Origin: Diplonema japonicum
Taxonomy: Eukaryota > Protista > Euglenozoa: Diplonemea
DNA: 64,000 nucleotides
Direction: 5' to 3'
NCBI GenBank assembly: GCA_964019335.1
Contig: OZ025707.1
Coordinates: forward strand, 62,001-126,000
The notes below the pieces were generated by a model. The model saw only the letters and a list, made by a program, of their open reading frames with translations. It did no database searches and had not been told where the DNA came from. The position numbers were made by a program, and so were the translations under genes. Shown here piece after piece: positions 35,615 to 48,000 of the stretch (within the stretch, counting starts at the first letter, position 1; each line of letters opens with the position of its first letter).

Positions 35615-36776
35615 ATGATGATCACGAAACCAGAATAAGAGTAGTGGTGCATAGTGCGTGTCCCTCTTCTTGAGGGATGCACACAAAGACGCATAAACGG
35701 TTTTCCTCCTAAAACTAAAACACTGACCCTCATCTCCCCTTTGAAAGCCAAATGATGCAGATATAAAAACTCAAGTATTTCATTTATTCGATTCTGTTGA
35801 TGAGATCAAATTTTTTAACCTCACAAAAGACTGATTTTCTCTTTTTTTGCAATCCCGTCTCTATGTCACCCCACCCCCCTCCTCATGGATGATGATAGAT
35901 GCTTTCACAACAGGTTCATCCCGTTCTGAGCCTTGCTTGCTTAGATGAGACACAGGGCTTTATTCATTTTCACTCCTGACAACAACCTTTCTTTTTTGAG
36001 GTTCCTATTTTGCTCTGCATGATGATCACGAAACCAGAATAAGAGTAGTGGTGCATAGTGCGTGTCCCTCTTCTTGAGGGATGCACACAAAGACGCATAA
36101 ACGGTTTTCCTCCTAAAACTAAAACACTGACCCCCCCTTTCCCCAACCCTTTGTGCAATTTCCCCCTTTGAAAACCAAATGATGCAGATATAAAAACTCA
36201 AGTATTTCATTTATTCGATTCTGTTGATGAGATCAAAAATTTTAACCTCACAAAAGACTGATTTTCTTTTTCTTTTTTTTGATAGAAGGGCCCTGTTTGC
36301 ATCGGGGCTGACGGCGACCAAGCTGAGGGGACTGAGAGAAGATTACCGGAAAGAAAGGATTGGAAAATGGGAGCATCATAAGGTAGGCACGCCACCGCGG
36401 TGCTTTTTTAATGGGAGAGCACCTGCTGGAGTTGCAGGGTGTACCCAAGAAACTAAACGAAGGTCTCGTGCCCGCACCCGAAAAAGTCACCAAAGCAGGA
36501 CACGCAGGATCACTCTTTTGCCTCCTCATAGATGATGATAGATGCTTTCACAACAGGTTCATCCCGTTCTGAGCCTTGCTTGCTTAGATGAGACACAGGG
36601 CTTTGTTCATTTTCACTCCTGACACACTTCTTTTTTTTTTTTTGAGGTTCCTATTTTGCTCTGCATGATGATCACGAAACCAGAATAAGAGTAGTGGTGC
36701 ATAGTGCGTGTCCCTCTTCTTGAGGGATGCACACAAAGACGCATAAACGGTTTTCCTCCTAAAACTAAAACACTGA
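35615..36776 (+). ncRNA. snoRNA cluster 1: C/D-like units B (35615-35726, 36019-36130, 36665-36776), C (35752-35834, 36179-36261), A (35889-35979, 36532-36622) and structured RNA X (36281-36515)
   Basis: Each unit starts with ATGATGA/C (box C) and ends with CTGA (box D), and units are separated by pyrimidine spacers. Unit A has internal D' (CTGA) and C' (GATGA) boxes and the guide GGTTCATCCCG, complementary to conserved LSU rRNA CGGGAUGAACC. Confidence 0.8.
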
Positions 36777-36846
36777 CTTGCTATTAATCCCCTCCCTCCA
36801 ATTAAAAAATAAAAAGGGGGGGTGCGGCACAACAAACAAAAGAAAA

Positions 36847-38940
36847 ATGAGAAGAAGGAAGCAAGACTTCGACCCTTTGGCGTGTGCACAGCAAATCGTG
36901 GACAATGTCTTGAAAAAGGCGTTCACGAGCGCAGAGGAGGTTCTGGCAAAAGGGGTACGTGTGGACTACGTTATGAAGCTGGAGAACGGCGAGAAACAAC
37001 GCACCGCACTGCACCAAGTAGCGGAAGCAGGCGACCTGGAAGGAATCGAATGGCTAGCAGGAAAAGGTGCCATCCCAAACATCCCGATGGAACAGGGTGT
37101 GACCTTGCTACACTTCTGCGTGTTGAACGACAAACTGGCTGTTCTCCAAAAACTCTGCGAGCTTGCAGAAGCAGGGACCTTCCGCTCCCTCGACCTCTCA
37201 AAGAGATCCAACGCCGACGAGACCGCCACCCAGCTGGCCATCAACCTCCACAAGGTGGACCTCGCCAAAATACTCATCAAAGCCGGGTCCAACCATGACT
37301 TCAACGTGACCACATACCCCAATCCTTCAGGCGGGGAGCCGCTCACACAGCTGCAACACGCATGCTGCGAAGGCTCCTTAGAACTGATGGACACAATCTT
37401 CGATCTAGGAAAATCTCCCATAGAACAGGACACAGAAGGGAACACCCTGTTGCATCTATCCGCTCGCCACAAACAATGGGCAGCGGTCGACCTGCTATTG
37501 GAAAAGGGCGTCCCGATCACCGCAAAGAACTGCGCGGGAAGCAGCGTGCTCACGATGGTGTTGTTGGAGTCAGACACACCTCATGACGATGCTGTACAGC
37601 TCATCCAGAAGGGGTTGGATGTGAACGCGGACGACGACTCCGGGCATCCCCCCTTACACTACGCCATCATGGCGCAGGACAAAGACTTGATCTCGCTTTT
37701 CCTCGAACATGGCGCGTTGATCAGCAAGCCGGACTGCTACGGTAACGTTGCACTGCACAAGGCTGCGAGGCTCGACGACGCTGCCATTCTACAAAAGATT
37801 ACATCGCTTGACGAGAAGAAGAACGGCGAGCTGAAGTGCAACGCGGCGAACCACAAGGAAGAGACCGCACTGCACGTGACGTGTTTGTACGACAGGCCGA
37901 CGAACGCTACACACATTCTCACCCTGCCAGGTGTCTGCCAGAACACGCAGACAAACGACGGAAGCACCCCTCTCCATGTTGCGGCAAAGCACGGATCTGT
38001 AGCGTGTGCCGCCGTGCTGCTAAGCAAAAACATCGAAACAAAGGAAGACACACCACCGCCGGGGAAGAAACCGGCGCCGAAAGGGAAAAAGGACCCGGCT
38101 GTAGGGGAAGAGGTGAAGAAGACAGACATAGAAGCCGTGGACAAGGAGGGCAACACACCTCTACAGATCGCCATGCAGCACAACATGACAGACGTGGTGA
38201 AGGTGCTCATCGAGAACCAGGCCAGCGTGCAACGCGGCAGCAAGGACCACGGAACCCTGCTACACCAATCCATCAAGGCGGGCACTTTTGACATCACAAA
38301 GTCGCTCATCGAAGGCGGTGCTTCTGTGCACATCCGCGACACGCAGGACAATGCACCCATACACATCGCAGTGCGAGTGAGCTGCGCCAACACAGTGAAC
38401 CTTCTCATCAGTAACGGTGCGTACTGCGATTGTCAAGATGAGAAAGAAGGCTTGACTCCGCTGCACATCGCCGCCATGAAGGACAATGCTGAAATAGTTA
38501 AAATACTGCTGCAGAACAAAGTGGCTTTGGAGGCGAGGGACCACAAGTGCTACACGGCCCTGCACTACACGGCACAGAAGAGCTCTGTGAACGCCATGAA
38601 GGTTTTGCTGGACGCGAAGGCGGAGCTGGATCCCCTCGACCTTGCCTGCCGCACACCGTTACACCACGCTTGTGAGGAAGGCAACGCCGATGCCGTTGCC
38701 GAGCTCATCGCGCGAGGCTCCGACATCGGTGCCAAAGACAACAACGGGTGGTCGCCTATCCACGTCACATCGTTCGCAGGCAGGTACGAATGCTCCCAAC
38801 TGCTCATTGACGCGGGCGCAAAAATCAACGAAACCGACAAGAAGGACAGGATCCCCTTCCTCCTCGCCTCCGAGTCGTGTAAAGTCGACGTCGCCAGACT
38901 CCTCGTCAACACATGGAAGGAGCAAAAAGAAGCCTGCTAA
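36847..38940 (+). CDS. Ankyrin-repeat protein (possible upstream exon 35530-35571 spliced to 36817)
   Basis: About 17 'G.TPLH.A…G….V..LL..GA' repeats. Confidence 0.93.
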   Translation: MRRRKQDFDPLACAQQIVDNVLKKAFTSAEEVLAKGVRVDYVMKLENGEKQRTALHQVAEAGDLEGIEWLAGKGAIPNIPMEQGVTLLHFCVLNDKLAVLQKLCELAEAGTFRSLDLSKRSNADETATQLAINLHKVDLAKILIKAGSNHDFNVTTYPNPSGGEPLTQLQHACCEGSLELMDTIFDLGKSPIEQDTEGNTLLHLSARHKQWAAVDLLLEKGVPITAKNCAGSSVLTMVLLESDTPHDDAVQLIQKGLDVNADDDSGHPPLHYAIMAQDKDLISLFLEHGALISKPDCYGNVALHKAARLDDAAILQKITSLDEKKNGELKCNAANHKEETALHVTCLYDRPTNATHILTLPGVCQNTQTNDGSTPLHVAAKHGSVACAAVLLSKNIETKEDTPPPGKKPAPKGKKDPAVGEEVKKTDIEAVDKEGNTPLQIAMQHNMTDVVKVLIENQASVQRGSKDHGTLLHQSIKAGTFDITKSLIEGGASVHIRDTQDNAPIHIAVRVSCANTVNLLISNGAYCDCQDEKEGLTPLHIAAMKDNAEIVKILLQNKVALEARDHKCYTALHYTAQKSSVNAMKVLLDAKAELDPLDLACRTPLHHACEEGNADAVAELIARGSDIGAKDNNGWSPIHVTSFAGRYECSQLLIDAGAKINETDKKDRIPFLLASESCKVDVARLLVNTWKEQKEAC

Positions 38941-39039
38941 AAAAGAAAAAAAAAAATGTGAATGTTAAAAAAAAAAAAAAAAAAAGGCCCCCTTTCCCCA
39001 TTTTGTCCCATATAAAACATCTATCTCAGGCTGAACACC

Positions 39040-39636
39040 ATGATGCAAGACACGGAACTGAGCTTCCTCAGTGGGGTGGAGGACATCGATTTGGGCGGCA
39101 CGCTGGGAGGCAATGACATCTTGATGCTGTCTCCCGTCACGCAAACGCATGGAATGCCCGTCAACCACACCCCGCAAAGAAGGAGCAAGAAGCCCAGCGA
39201 GGAAAGAGAGACCGACGTTGTGGCGCCAGAAGAATATCTGTCGGTGTTGGAAAGCAGGTTTGTGGATCTGCGGAAGCTATACTACCACACTAAAGAGCAG
39301 AAGATAGAAGCCTCCAACACAGTAAAGGAACTTCACGAACAGATGCAAACTAAAGACGCGAAGATCGGAGCATTAGAGGCGCAGGTGCGAAGCCTCCAAG
39401 CTAAGCCGGCTCGGAGGTCGTCCATTGGTCCCCGGACCTCCCTTCACAGCCTGTCAAGCAACATCCCAAACAGTCCGCCGACGAAGACTGCGGCAATCCG
39501 TAGGAGCAGCTCTAACAGCCACGTCTCGAAATCTTTGCAGCACGAGAACGCCCTTCTCAAAGAAAAGCTGAAGACGCTTCAAGACTGGGCGGCATCTATC
39601 AAACCCCCGCCGCATGCAGCGATGGCACGGGTGTAG
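39040..39636 (+). CDS. Hypothetical coiled-coil protein (198 aa)
   Basis: ORF between spacers with a heptad-like central region. Confidence 0.65.
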   Translation: MMQDTELSFLSGVEDIDLGGTLGGNDILMLSPVTQTHGMPVNHTPQRRSKKPSEERETDVVAPEEYLSVLESRFVDLRKLYYHTKEQKIEASNTVKELHEQMQTKDAKIGALEAQVRSLQAKPARRSSIGPRTSLHSLSSNIPNSPPTKTAAIRRSSSNSHVSKSLQHENALLKEKLKTLQDWAASIKPPPHAAMARV

Positions 39637-39719
39637 AAACAAGAAACAAAACAAAACAAAACAAAACAATAACCAATAGAAAAACCCTAGAAACCCTAAC
39701 CCCCTTTTTTTTTGTACAT

Positions 39720-39759
<40 letters not shown>

Positions 39760-39822
39760 TATTTCCTTTCTTTTTCTTCTTTGTTTGAAAGTGCCGCCTA
39801 CCCCACCTACCATACAGGCACA

Positions 39823-41880
39823 ATGCCCGATGAGAATGTGTCGCCGGTGAGGCTGTTAGAGATGCAGCTGACGCCTGCACCGAGCATGAGCAGAACGGGG
39901 AAAATGGCACACTCCGCAATGCACACGGATGCCCTGGTGCGGAGTGGTATCGCAGCATTGAAGCCAAGAGGGGGAAAAGCGCTTACACCGTCAGTCACGC
40001 TAGCAGAGATTATAGATCCTAGCCAGTTGGACTCTTTCGGAACGGCGGTTCCGGGAGAAGACAGCGGAAGGGGGAGGGAGATGTGCTCCTCACCTCGGGG
40101 ACACCCCGAGCTGCAAAACAAGCTCGAAGAGATAGTTGTGAACGAGAGGACAACTACTTTCAATGAGAAGATGGATCTTAAACCCGCAGCACCACCAGAG
40201 GTTGACAAGAAGCCGCTTGCAAAAACGGAGGCCAAAAAGGTAAAGCCTGTGAAGAGTACCCGCCGACCTGCAAAGGTACACAACCCCAGCGCGTGCTTCC
40301 GAACCGTAGACAGGTTCCATGAATCGAAGTTCACCATGAAGACCCCACCTGTGGGGCACTACCGACCGAAGTTTTCAGCTGTTGATAGCAATTCAAAGTT
40401 TACGTCTATTAGAACTGCCTGTTCCCCGAGGAAGCTTCCAGTCAAGCCGTCCGCCCCCAAAACAAAACCCGAGCCCGCTCCGTTACAAGAATCCGCAGAA
40501 ACCGTTCAGGCCGACAAGTCGCTCGTTATCTCCGATAAAAACAACGATTCTTTCGAAGGGCCCATCGCACCCTCGCCTCCGCAACGCCCTGAGGACGTGG
40601 TGAGGTCCCCACAGCGTACTGCGTACAACACATGGACAGACAGAACAAGCCAGAGCAACAAGGGCAGCTCCATGTTCGCTTCAAGCGTGAAAATCGGCGC
40701 TGATAAACCCACGCCCTGCACTGTATCGCCTGACAAGTACTACCATCCGTACAATGAGACAGCCGCGATGAGACGTGAAGTGTGTCCTGTGAACAACGAC
40801 TGGAGCAGGAACACGTCCAGACAGAACAAGATTATGTTCAAAGGCTACAGCGAGAGAAGCGACGCACCGGATGTGGTGTACAGCACGGGAGGCAACGGCT
40901 TCAGGTCGCGGGCGGCGTACAAGATGGTCGATCAGACGTCGCGAGAGAAGGCCGCCACCGACGCCCAGCAAATGGTATCAAGAACATCCCGGTCTGTGAA
41001 TGCAGCGGCTGCGTCTTCCGTGCTCCACACACACCCTGCTTCACATGTTGTGTACAATACTTCGGTTGACGAGAAGCTGAAGTACCCGACCAAGGAGATG
41101 TTGGTGGATTTCAACAAGAGTGTGTCCCGGCAGCAATGCCCGACGGAAGTGCAAAAGCCCCGCATGCTGATGGACCCTCGCATGCCGTACGACGCCAGCA
41201 TGCACGCCGCGCCCGTGAACACCGGTGTGGCCTTTGAGGAGCAACGGGAGCGGCCCGAGTTCCTCGCCAAGATGCCCTATGACCTCGAATACTCCACGGG
41301 GTTTCACAACAGCCGGAAGATCCCTGCAGCGGACATGAACCGCACTGCGGGCCATGATGTTCTCTTCGTCCCGTCCATCACAATGGAGTGCGACTACAAA
41401 CCCAACTACGATACTGTCCGCCCAAAGTCTCAGTTCACCATCAAGCTGGACAAGGTTCTATCGCGTGAGGAGATGCGTTCCGGCGTGCCTAAGAGACAGC
41501 CGTTGGACACGTTCTACAAGACAGACCCTTGCATGGCTATGAAGGTTAATGGGTCCATTGTTAAGGTACCGCTTAAGGGTAGCAGGACGCAGGGCAACCC
41601 AATGATCCACTCGCACATCAGCAGAGAGAAGAGAATCGCCATCACGGCGGTGAAGAAGGTGAGCCCTGACAAGTTCTACAATGTTGCTGGTGTGAAGGGC
41701 CCTCCCAAAGGCATCGACTTCAAGCACTGTGTGGCGCGTGAGAACAGGTCCTGCGGGAGACTCCTTCCAATGTCTCCCAAGCAGGAACTGATGAGCCAGA
41801 GATCCCCTGGCTTCATCTATGATCCCATTCTAGTTGAAAAACACTCGCCTGCCTTGTCGTTCTCAAGACTTGCAAGATGA
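39823..41880 (+). CDS. Hypothetical protein with SHIPPO/ODF3-like P-x-x-Y repeats (possibly axonemal)
   Basis: Recurrent TPPVGHYRP, SPDKYYHP, PDVVY, SPDKFYNV and SPGFIYDP motifs. Confidence 0.6.
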   Translation: MPDENVSPVRLLEMQLTPAPSMSRTGKMAHSAMHTDALVRSGIAALKPRGGKALTPSVTLAEIIDPSQLDSFGTAVPGEDSGRGREMCSSPRGHPELQNKLEEIVVNERTTTFNEKMDLKPAAPPEVDKKPLAKTEAKKVKPVKSTRRPAKVHNPSACFRTVDRFHESKFTMKTPPVGHYRPKFSAVDSNSKFTSIRTACSPRKLPVKPSAPKTKPEPAPLQESAETVQADKSLVISDKNNDSFEGPIAPSPPQRPEDVVRSPQRTAYNTWTDRTSQSNKGSSMFASSVKIGADKPTPCTVSPDKYYHPYNETAAMRREVCPVNNDWSRNTSRQNKIMFKGYSERSDAPDVVYSTGGNGFRSRAAYKMVDQTSREKAATDAQQMVSRTSRSVNAAAASSVLHTHPASHVVYNTSVDEKLKYPTKEMLVDFNKSVSRQQCPTEVQKPRMLMDPRMPYDASMHAAPVNTGVAFEEQRERPEFLAKMPYDLEYSTGFHNSRKIPAADMNRTAGHDVLFVPSITMECDYKPNYDTVRPKSQFTIKLDKVLSREEMRSGVPKRQPLDTFYKTDPCMAMKVNGSIVKVPLKGSRTQGNPMIHSHISREKRIAITAVKKVSPDKFYNVAGVKGPPKGIDFKHCVARENRSCGRLLPMSPKQELMSQRSPGFIYDPILVEKHSPALSFSRLAR

Positions 41881-42034
41881 AAAAGCAGCTTCTGCAAACA
41901 TCCCTCATTCTCAAAATCTTTTATGAACACTGCACACAAGAGGCCTTTACAGGTCTTACCCCCCTGCCTTTTTTTTTCCCCCATGCTTTTTCTTTCGCTT
42001 TCTCTTCTTTCAATCACATTCACAAGACCGAAAA

Positions 42035-45000
42035 ATGGGGTCGCTGGAGCTTCGGATAGGAGCACAGCTGGACACCATCAGTAAGTTGAAAGATAAGCAG
42101 GTCCCTCAGGCATTGTCCGTGCTGCGAAAGACCTATGCGAGCATCATAGAAGCCGAGGAGGGGTGTGTGCTGACCGCATTCAATGAGAACGACAGAGTGA
42201 GCATGGACATGTACCTGTACTGTGCGGAGCATGCAGTGATGCTGGACGAGTGGAACGTGGCTGAGGGGTGTCTTGTAAGGCTGTCAGGACTGCCGCCCGG
42301 GTCCTTTGCATTGCAGTGTCGGCTCCTCTTCGTTCAGTGCATGCAGCACCGCAAAGAGGCAACGGGGGCCGTGGGGGACAAGCTTATCGACATGATACGG
42401 ACAAGCGCCGCGAAGGCACAAAAGGGGATCAGCATAGCGCTGCAGGACAAGGAGCTGTCTTACCTAGTGGCCCAGGGCTCCAAACACTGTTGGAATGCGT
42501 GCCGTGTCTTGTACCGTCAGGGCACGGTTGCCCACCTGTACCCCATCATCAAGGACATCAACGCAGCGCTCGAGGCTATCAACTACAGCAACTGGCCTGC
42601 GCGTGTTGTGTGGCTTATCCGCCAGGCGGTTGCTGAGGTTGCCGAAGGCAAGGACGCCAAAGCCACGGTGCAAGCGGCTCTGTCCTTGTGCGAGAAAAAC
42701 AGTCTCGACCACTTGAAAAGCCCCCTCAAGCGGATACAGCTCGCACTCAAAATGGACAACGCGAAAGGTGCAGTTGGGAGCGTCATCAAAGGCATCGCCG
42801 CGTGCCAAACTGTGTACAGCAAGCTTGTCGACGAAAAGGACCAAGCACAGGAGCTTCTCTCTGCGTACCAAGACCTCGCCTCCAGCACACTGGTCGGCGC
42901 ATCTCTTGGGAAGAAATCAACCGCTGACAAAATGAAAGCGACAGAAGGCGATCTTCGTGACCGGGAAGAAATTCTTGCCGAGGTGGGTCTATTGGCTGCC
43001 TTGCACCCTCTGCCACTGATGAATGAGGACCCTTCTTCAGACACAATGCCCGAGCGGTGCCAACGGCATCGACTGTTCACCGCGTATAGCAACGCAGTGC
43101 AAGCCGCCGAAGAGGCAGGGGGCGCGGAGCTGACGAAAGACCACTTCACAGGAAACACGGATGTGTTGCAGTTAGCTGTGGATAACATGCTTCCCGCGAT
43201 TGCGAAAGACACAGCATCAAAGGCCTTGCGGGCGTCGAGTTTGAAAGCGAGAGTACTGGCTGAGTACACAGCGGCGGTGCTTGTGGTGCAACAAGCTGGA
43301 GGGTACACCGTGCAGAAGGACTTCTACGGAAACAGGTGCACACCGGAGATCGCAAATCAAATCGCGACCGGAGTCAAGAACATCGTGAAGGCGCTAAGCT
43401 CTGCACTGCGCACCAACGACATCCACATCGTCCAAATGGGGTGCATCCTTATCTGGAACATGGCCCTGCCGCTGCTGGGCACCAAAACACGCAACATGGT
43501 CTCGAAAGCGCTGCAACAAGCACTCCAGGCCCTGGACTCCGTAAGCTCCAATCTGCATCGTCTTAAAGTACAGCTCCTATACGAACTCGCGCTCTCTGAC
43601 ATGTCTGAAGAGTATCTTGCGAAGGCCAACGCCAAGGTGACACAGGCTTTGAAGGAGGACTATGTAGTTGATGAGGACGAACTCAAGCTGTACAACCTAG
43701 CAAGGCCGATGGATCGGTTCTTGCTTCCGCTGAAGGAGCGCCTCGACCTGAAGGCAAACATATATTACGTCCCCGACACTTCGACTGCGAGGGATGAGGT
43801 CGAGCGGGAAAAGATAACGCGAGAAGAGGTCATCTTGCTCTTGGACCGTGCCCAGGAGACGAAGCAGGTGGGGTCGTTGTTGCACACGTTGCAACGAGCT
43901 GCCGAGCTGCTCGCTGAGACAGAACCGCCGAGCGACTGGTTGTTTGACGAGTCGAGGCTTGTCAAGTCATCGTCTATAGTGGAACCGAAGGCCAGCAAGA
44001 ACAAGAAAAAAAGCACTGAGGAAAACATGCCTGTCCGCACCCCCGCCGAGCTGCAAGAGGATTCCCGCAGGCGCGGCGTGTTGCGGCAGCGCGCAGCGTT
44101 GTGGGCAAAGATCGTTGCGATTGCAACACGAATCAACAACCACAGAATGTCCGAGCTTCTTTCAACAACGCTGCCCATGCTCCTGAACAGGAAGTGGTCG
44201 CAGCAAGCGGAGCGACAGTGCCGAACCGACCAAGTAGAAGCCTGCCTCGCGTGTGCAAACATCGAAAAGTTAAAGTTGCATTCAAAGAACTTAACCCAAG
44301 GACAGCGCGTCTTCCTCGACGCCAACGGTGACGCACTGGAGCCGTCTGAAGAAATGCGGCATAGAACAGAGGTTCTTAAAGCTCAAGACGTCATCAACCA
44401 GAGGTTCATGGAAGCCTTGGAGCTAGCACCGGCGCTGTTGAAGGACAAGGACAATTGGTTGGTCGCCAATATTGCGATTAGTTACATGAACTGGCATGCG
44501 GACTTATTTGCTGGCTGCGACTTTATTTACCACCACACCGACATGATTGCGGTGCAGAAGCTGCCTTCGGGGCAGGTTCCCATCACGGTGAGCTCTTCCT
44601 TGGAAGTTGAAACTGTCCCAAAACCCACCCATGGTGAGGCCAGTGCTGTCAAGACAGGAATGCGTGTCGCTGCTGTTGAAGGCGTTCCTGTAACGTCGAT
44701 CGAAGAGTACAACGCCGCTGTTGAGAGCGCGACCAAGCAGAGCATCGCCATCACGTTTAAGACGCCAATGAGCCACACTACCATAGATGTTCTCAACAAA
44801 ATTTTCAGCACAATCACAATGCCCGATATGGGCTTTGTTCCAAAATGCTCGCTTCACGAGGCACCGTTGCTCAGCTGGGTGGCAAAGACGCTGATACAGT
44901 GCTTAGCCAAACACTACATCACCAAGAAAATGCCTCTGAACACTCCTGAAGAACGCATCCTGAGCCAGCCGTTGCCCACATTCGATCAGGCAGATCAAGC

Positions 45001-48000
45001 ATCCCCGCTTTTAAAGGAGGCAGAAGACGTTGCTGATAAGGCGATACAAGCCCTTCCGACACCGATGGATGCAAAGCCGTTGTACTTCCTTCTCGCGTCA
45101 ATTAAAAGGCTTCAGAACCCTGTTTTGAAACCGGCTGATGTACCTGTGAAGTCTATGTATGACAGCGCGCAAGAAAAGGTGTTGGCATGCCTTGAGGTGC
45201 TCAGCCATGAAGGTGTCGACAAGGAAAAAGTACTCGAAGACGGGCTCGCAGATTTGGAACGCGACCCGAACGTAGAGCTCTGCGCGAGGCTCGCCGACAA
45301 GGCCATGACGGCACCCGCGTTCCCAAAATGCGCTGTGCAGACCTGTCAGATCGCGAAGAAGCTGGAAGCCACGAACAAGCTAGGCGTCAAGGGCGCGGTT
45401 TTATCGAAGCACATTACCGACGCGATTCCCGAAAAGAAGAAAGCCACCGAAAAGGCAGCCAAAAAACAGTCCTTTGTAGGTGCCCCCGCCGCAGAAATCC
45501 CCCCACCGCGACCCGGGAAAACAGAGTACACGTGGTACTGCAACGTGTTGATGCAGTCCGGCCGGGCCATGGTCGCTCTGATCGACCCCAAGTCTCAAGA
45601 AAAAGCAACGCAAACAGAGCTTCGGAGGAAGGCGTTGGAAGACTTCTCATTCGTCGTCATCTACGCGCAGAAAGGGAGACCAGAGGAACGCGAGAAGTGT
45701 TTGATGCAAGCTGTTAAGCTGTACCACTGTGCGGCCCAACCGTTCGCAACCGCAGTAGTTACCCGGGCGGTGATGCAGGACTCGCTAACACGGTTAGTTA
45801 CCTCAGGCATACCTTTCATCAACATCCAAGACCTCGATGCGGAGGATCATGCAGTTCTGCTCGAACTGTACCTGTTCTTAATCCAAACGTGCAGGGAGCG
45901 TGCCGAGTACGACAACGGTCTAGACATCATGCAGCGTGCCTTCCACCTCTTGCCGAGGTCCTTGCACAAACCTTTGTGGGAAGCGGACGTGCAGTTCAGG
46001 TGCAAGATGGGCCAATCAGCAATGAAAGTGAGGGACAAGATGCGTGCCGTAAAAGGATATGACCCACAGACGCAAGCCAGGGCATGGATCATGTTCTCGA
46101 GGTGTGTCGCAGACAAAGGAGATCAACTGTACGGTTTGAAGCAAGCTGTGGAGGCACTTCAGAGTGAACCCGAAGCCCGTGCATCAGCGCTGACAAGCCT
46201 TGCTGTGTGGATGTATACACGGGGGAGGCCTCCTGCCGACTGTATCGATGTGCTGAACTACGCGTGCGACATGATAACGGACACCATTGATGCCGCAGGG
46301 CACGACGACGACACGAGAAGCATGGCAGGGACACGGAGCCAAGGGTCGCTTGGTGCCAGCAAGATCGGTGCGAGCTTCGAAGCTTCCTCGCAGGTGCATA
46401 CCAACGCGTCTCTTACCCAACAATCGAGCAAGTTCGGTGGAACAACTGCAAGCAGCGACGGTCCCTCGTCGGGGCCTACTATTCAGCAGCTGCTCACGCT
46501 AGGCACCATCTACACCCTGCTCGCCGTTCTCATCGGGGAGAAACACGCTGACTACTACGTCACGCTGCAGCTGGCCGTCACGAACTACGCGCAAACGCTT
46601 TCCACAACGCAACGCGGTCTGGAACGGCGAAAATTTCTATGGAGCGCTTCAAAAAAGAAAGCCATGCAGGAAAAGGCAGCGCTGATCCCTTCCTTCACAC
46701 CGCCCTGCGAGCTAGTCGAGTACATCGGTTGGGAAATCCCCAACGAGGTGCGGGAGTACCTCATGACGGGGAAGGGCGACGCGAGGATAATCGGCCCTCA
46801 CTCCATTGACGACATCAACTACCTTCTCAGCATGCTGGCGGTGCTTGTGCGCCTGTTAAAAAGAGCAGGCATGGCGTTGCAGCTTATTAGCATCTTGTCC
46901 TTCGAGAACGTTGTGCTGCCCATGTCCTCCATGCACCACGTGGCGTTGCGGCATTCTCTCGCGTGCAACCTGCATGAGCGTACCATGGCCCACCAAGCCT
47001 TGTCCCTCGAACCCGTGGCGGAACGGATACGGAAGAACGAAGTGTTCGGCGAGCTGACTGAAGAAGTCAGAAGAGAGCTGTTGGAAAACTTGAAGGAAGT
47101 GCTTCAGAACCCCCCTGTGCCTGTGGTGTACGAACGCTGCGAGGATGTGGAGCTGGTGGAGTGCAATGCCCCTGCCGTGCACAAGATATGGATACGACAG
47201 AGCGAGGCATTGCTGGCTGACAACCAAATAGGAAGGGCAAAAACGCTCGTGCAAGAGGCACTGGTACATGCGGAGGCATGGAAGGACGACAAGGACACCG
47301 CACAGTGCAGCGCGATGCTCGCAGCAGTGGCGCTGTGGGAAGGACGGTGCACCATCGCAGGTGACCTGATAACGGATGCGCTGCGCTCAGCACCGTTCAT
47401 AGACACCTCTATGACAGTCGAGTTGCTGTTGATGAGGACGCAGCTGCTACTAATTGCTGACAGCACACCTGAGGTGGTGCTGTCGGTGACTGCCACTGCG
47501 GAGTCACGCCTCACCTCAACCGACCCAGCAAGCAACGCACGTTTCGAGGCTGCCAAAGGAGATTTCCTGTACCGCTATGTGCGTCAAATCACAAACCACT
47601 ACTCCTCCCTCATCGACCCCACCCTTCCAGAAGGGTACATGGCTTTTATCAGAGCGGCGCTCCAGCGTGCCGAGGGGTACGCGGGGGGGGTGGGCCTCCC
47701 TGCCATCAACATCAAGCTACAGATGATCCAGCTGCAAGAGACGTTTCTTCGCCATACGCTCCTCGAGAAGACAAAGCCTTCCCTGCATCTTTTGAAGGTC
47801 ATGCTCAATGACCAGCACCAGTTGCTCAAGGCCTGCATAAGGCTGTGCAGCATGTTCTCCTCAGAGACAACTCCGAGCCCCTTCGAGGCCAGCACCGTGC
47901 ACGTTGTCCCACCCATCACGCTTATCATGTCACGCTGCCAGGTGTTCTTCGCACGGAACCTTCTGCGACGCTGTGTGGTGAACTGCTTGCTGCGGAGACT

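Noticed and set aside
35615-36776. Repeat array read as CRISPR, or as coding repeats (repeated minus-strand ORFs such as 'CFSFRRKTVYASL…')
   Set aside because: Units are 80-235 nt with C/D boxes and no unique spacers, there are no cas genes, and the context is eukaryotic. The ORFs are antisense shadows.
39681-39703. Telomere-like AAACCCTAG AAACCCTAACCC
   Set aside because: Only about two degenerate units in a low-complexity spacer.
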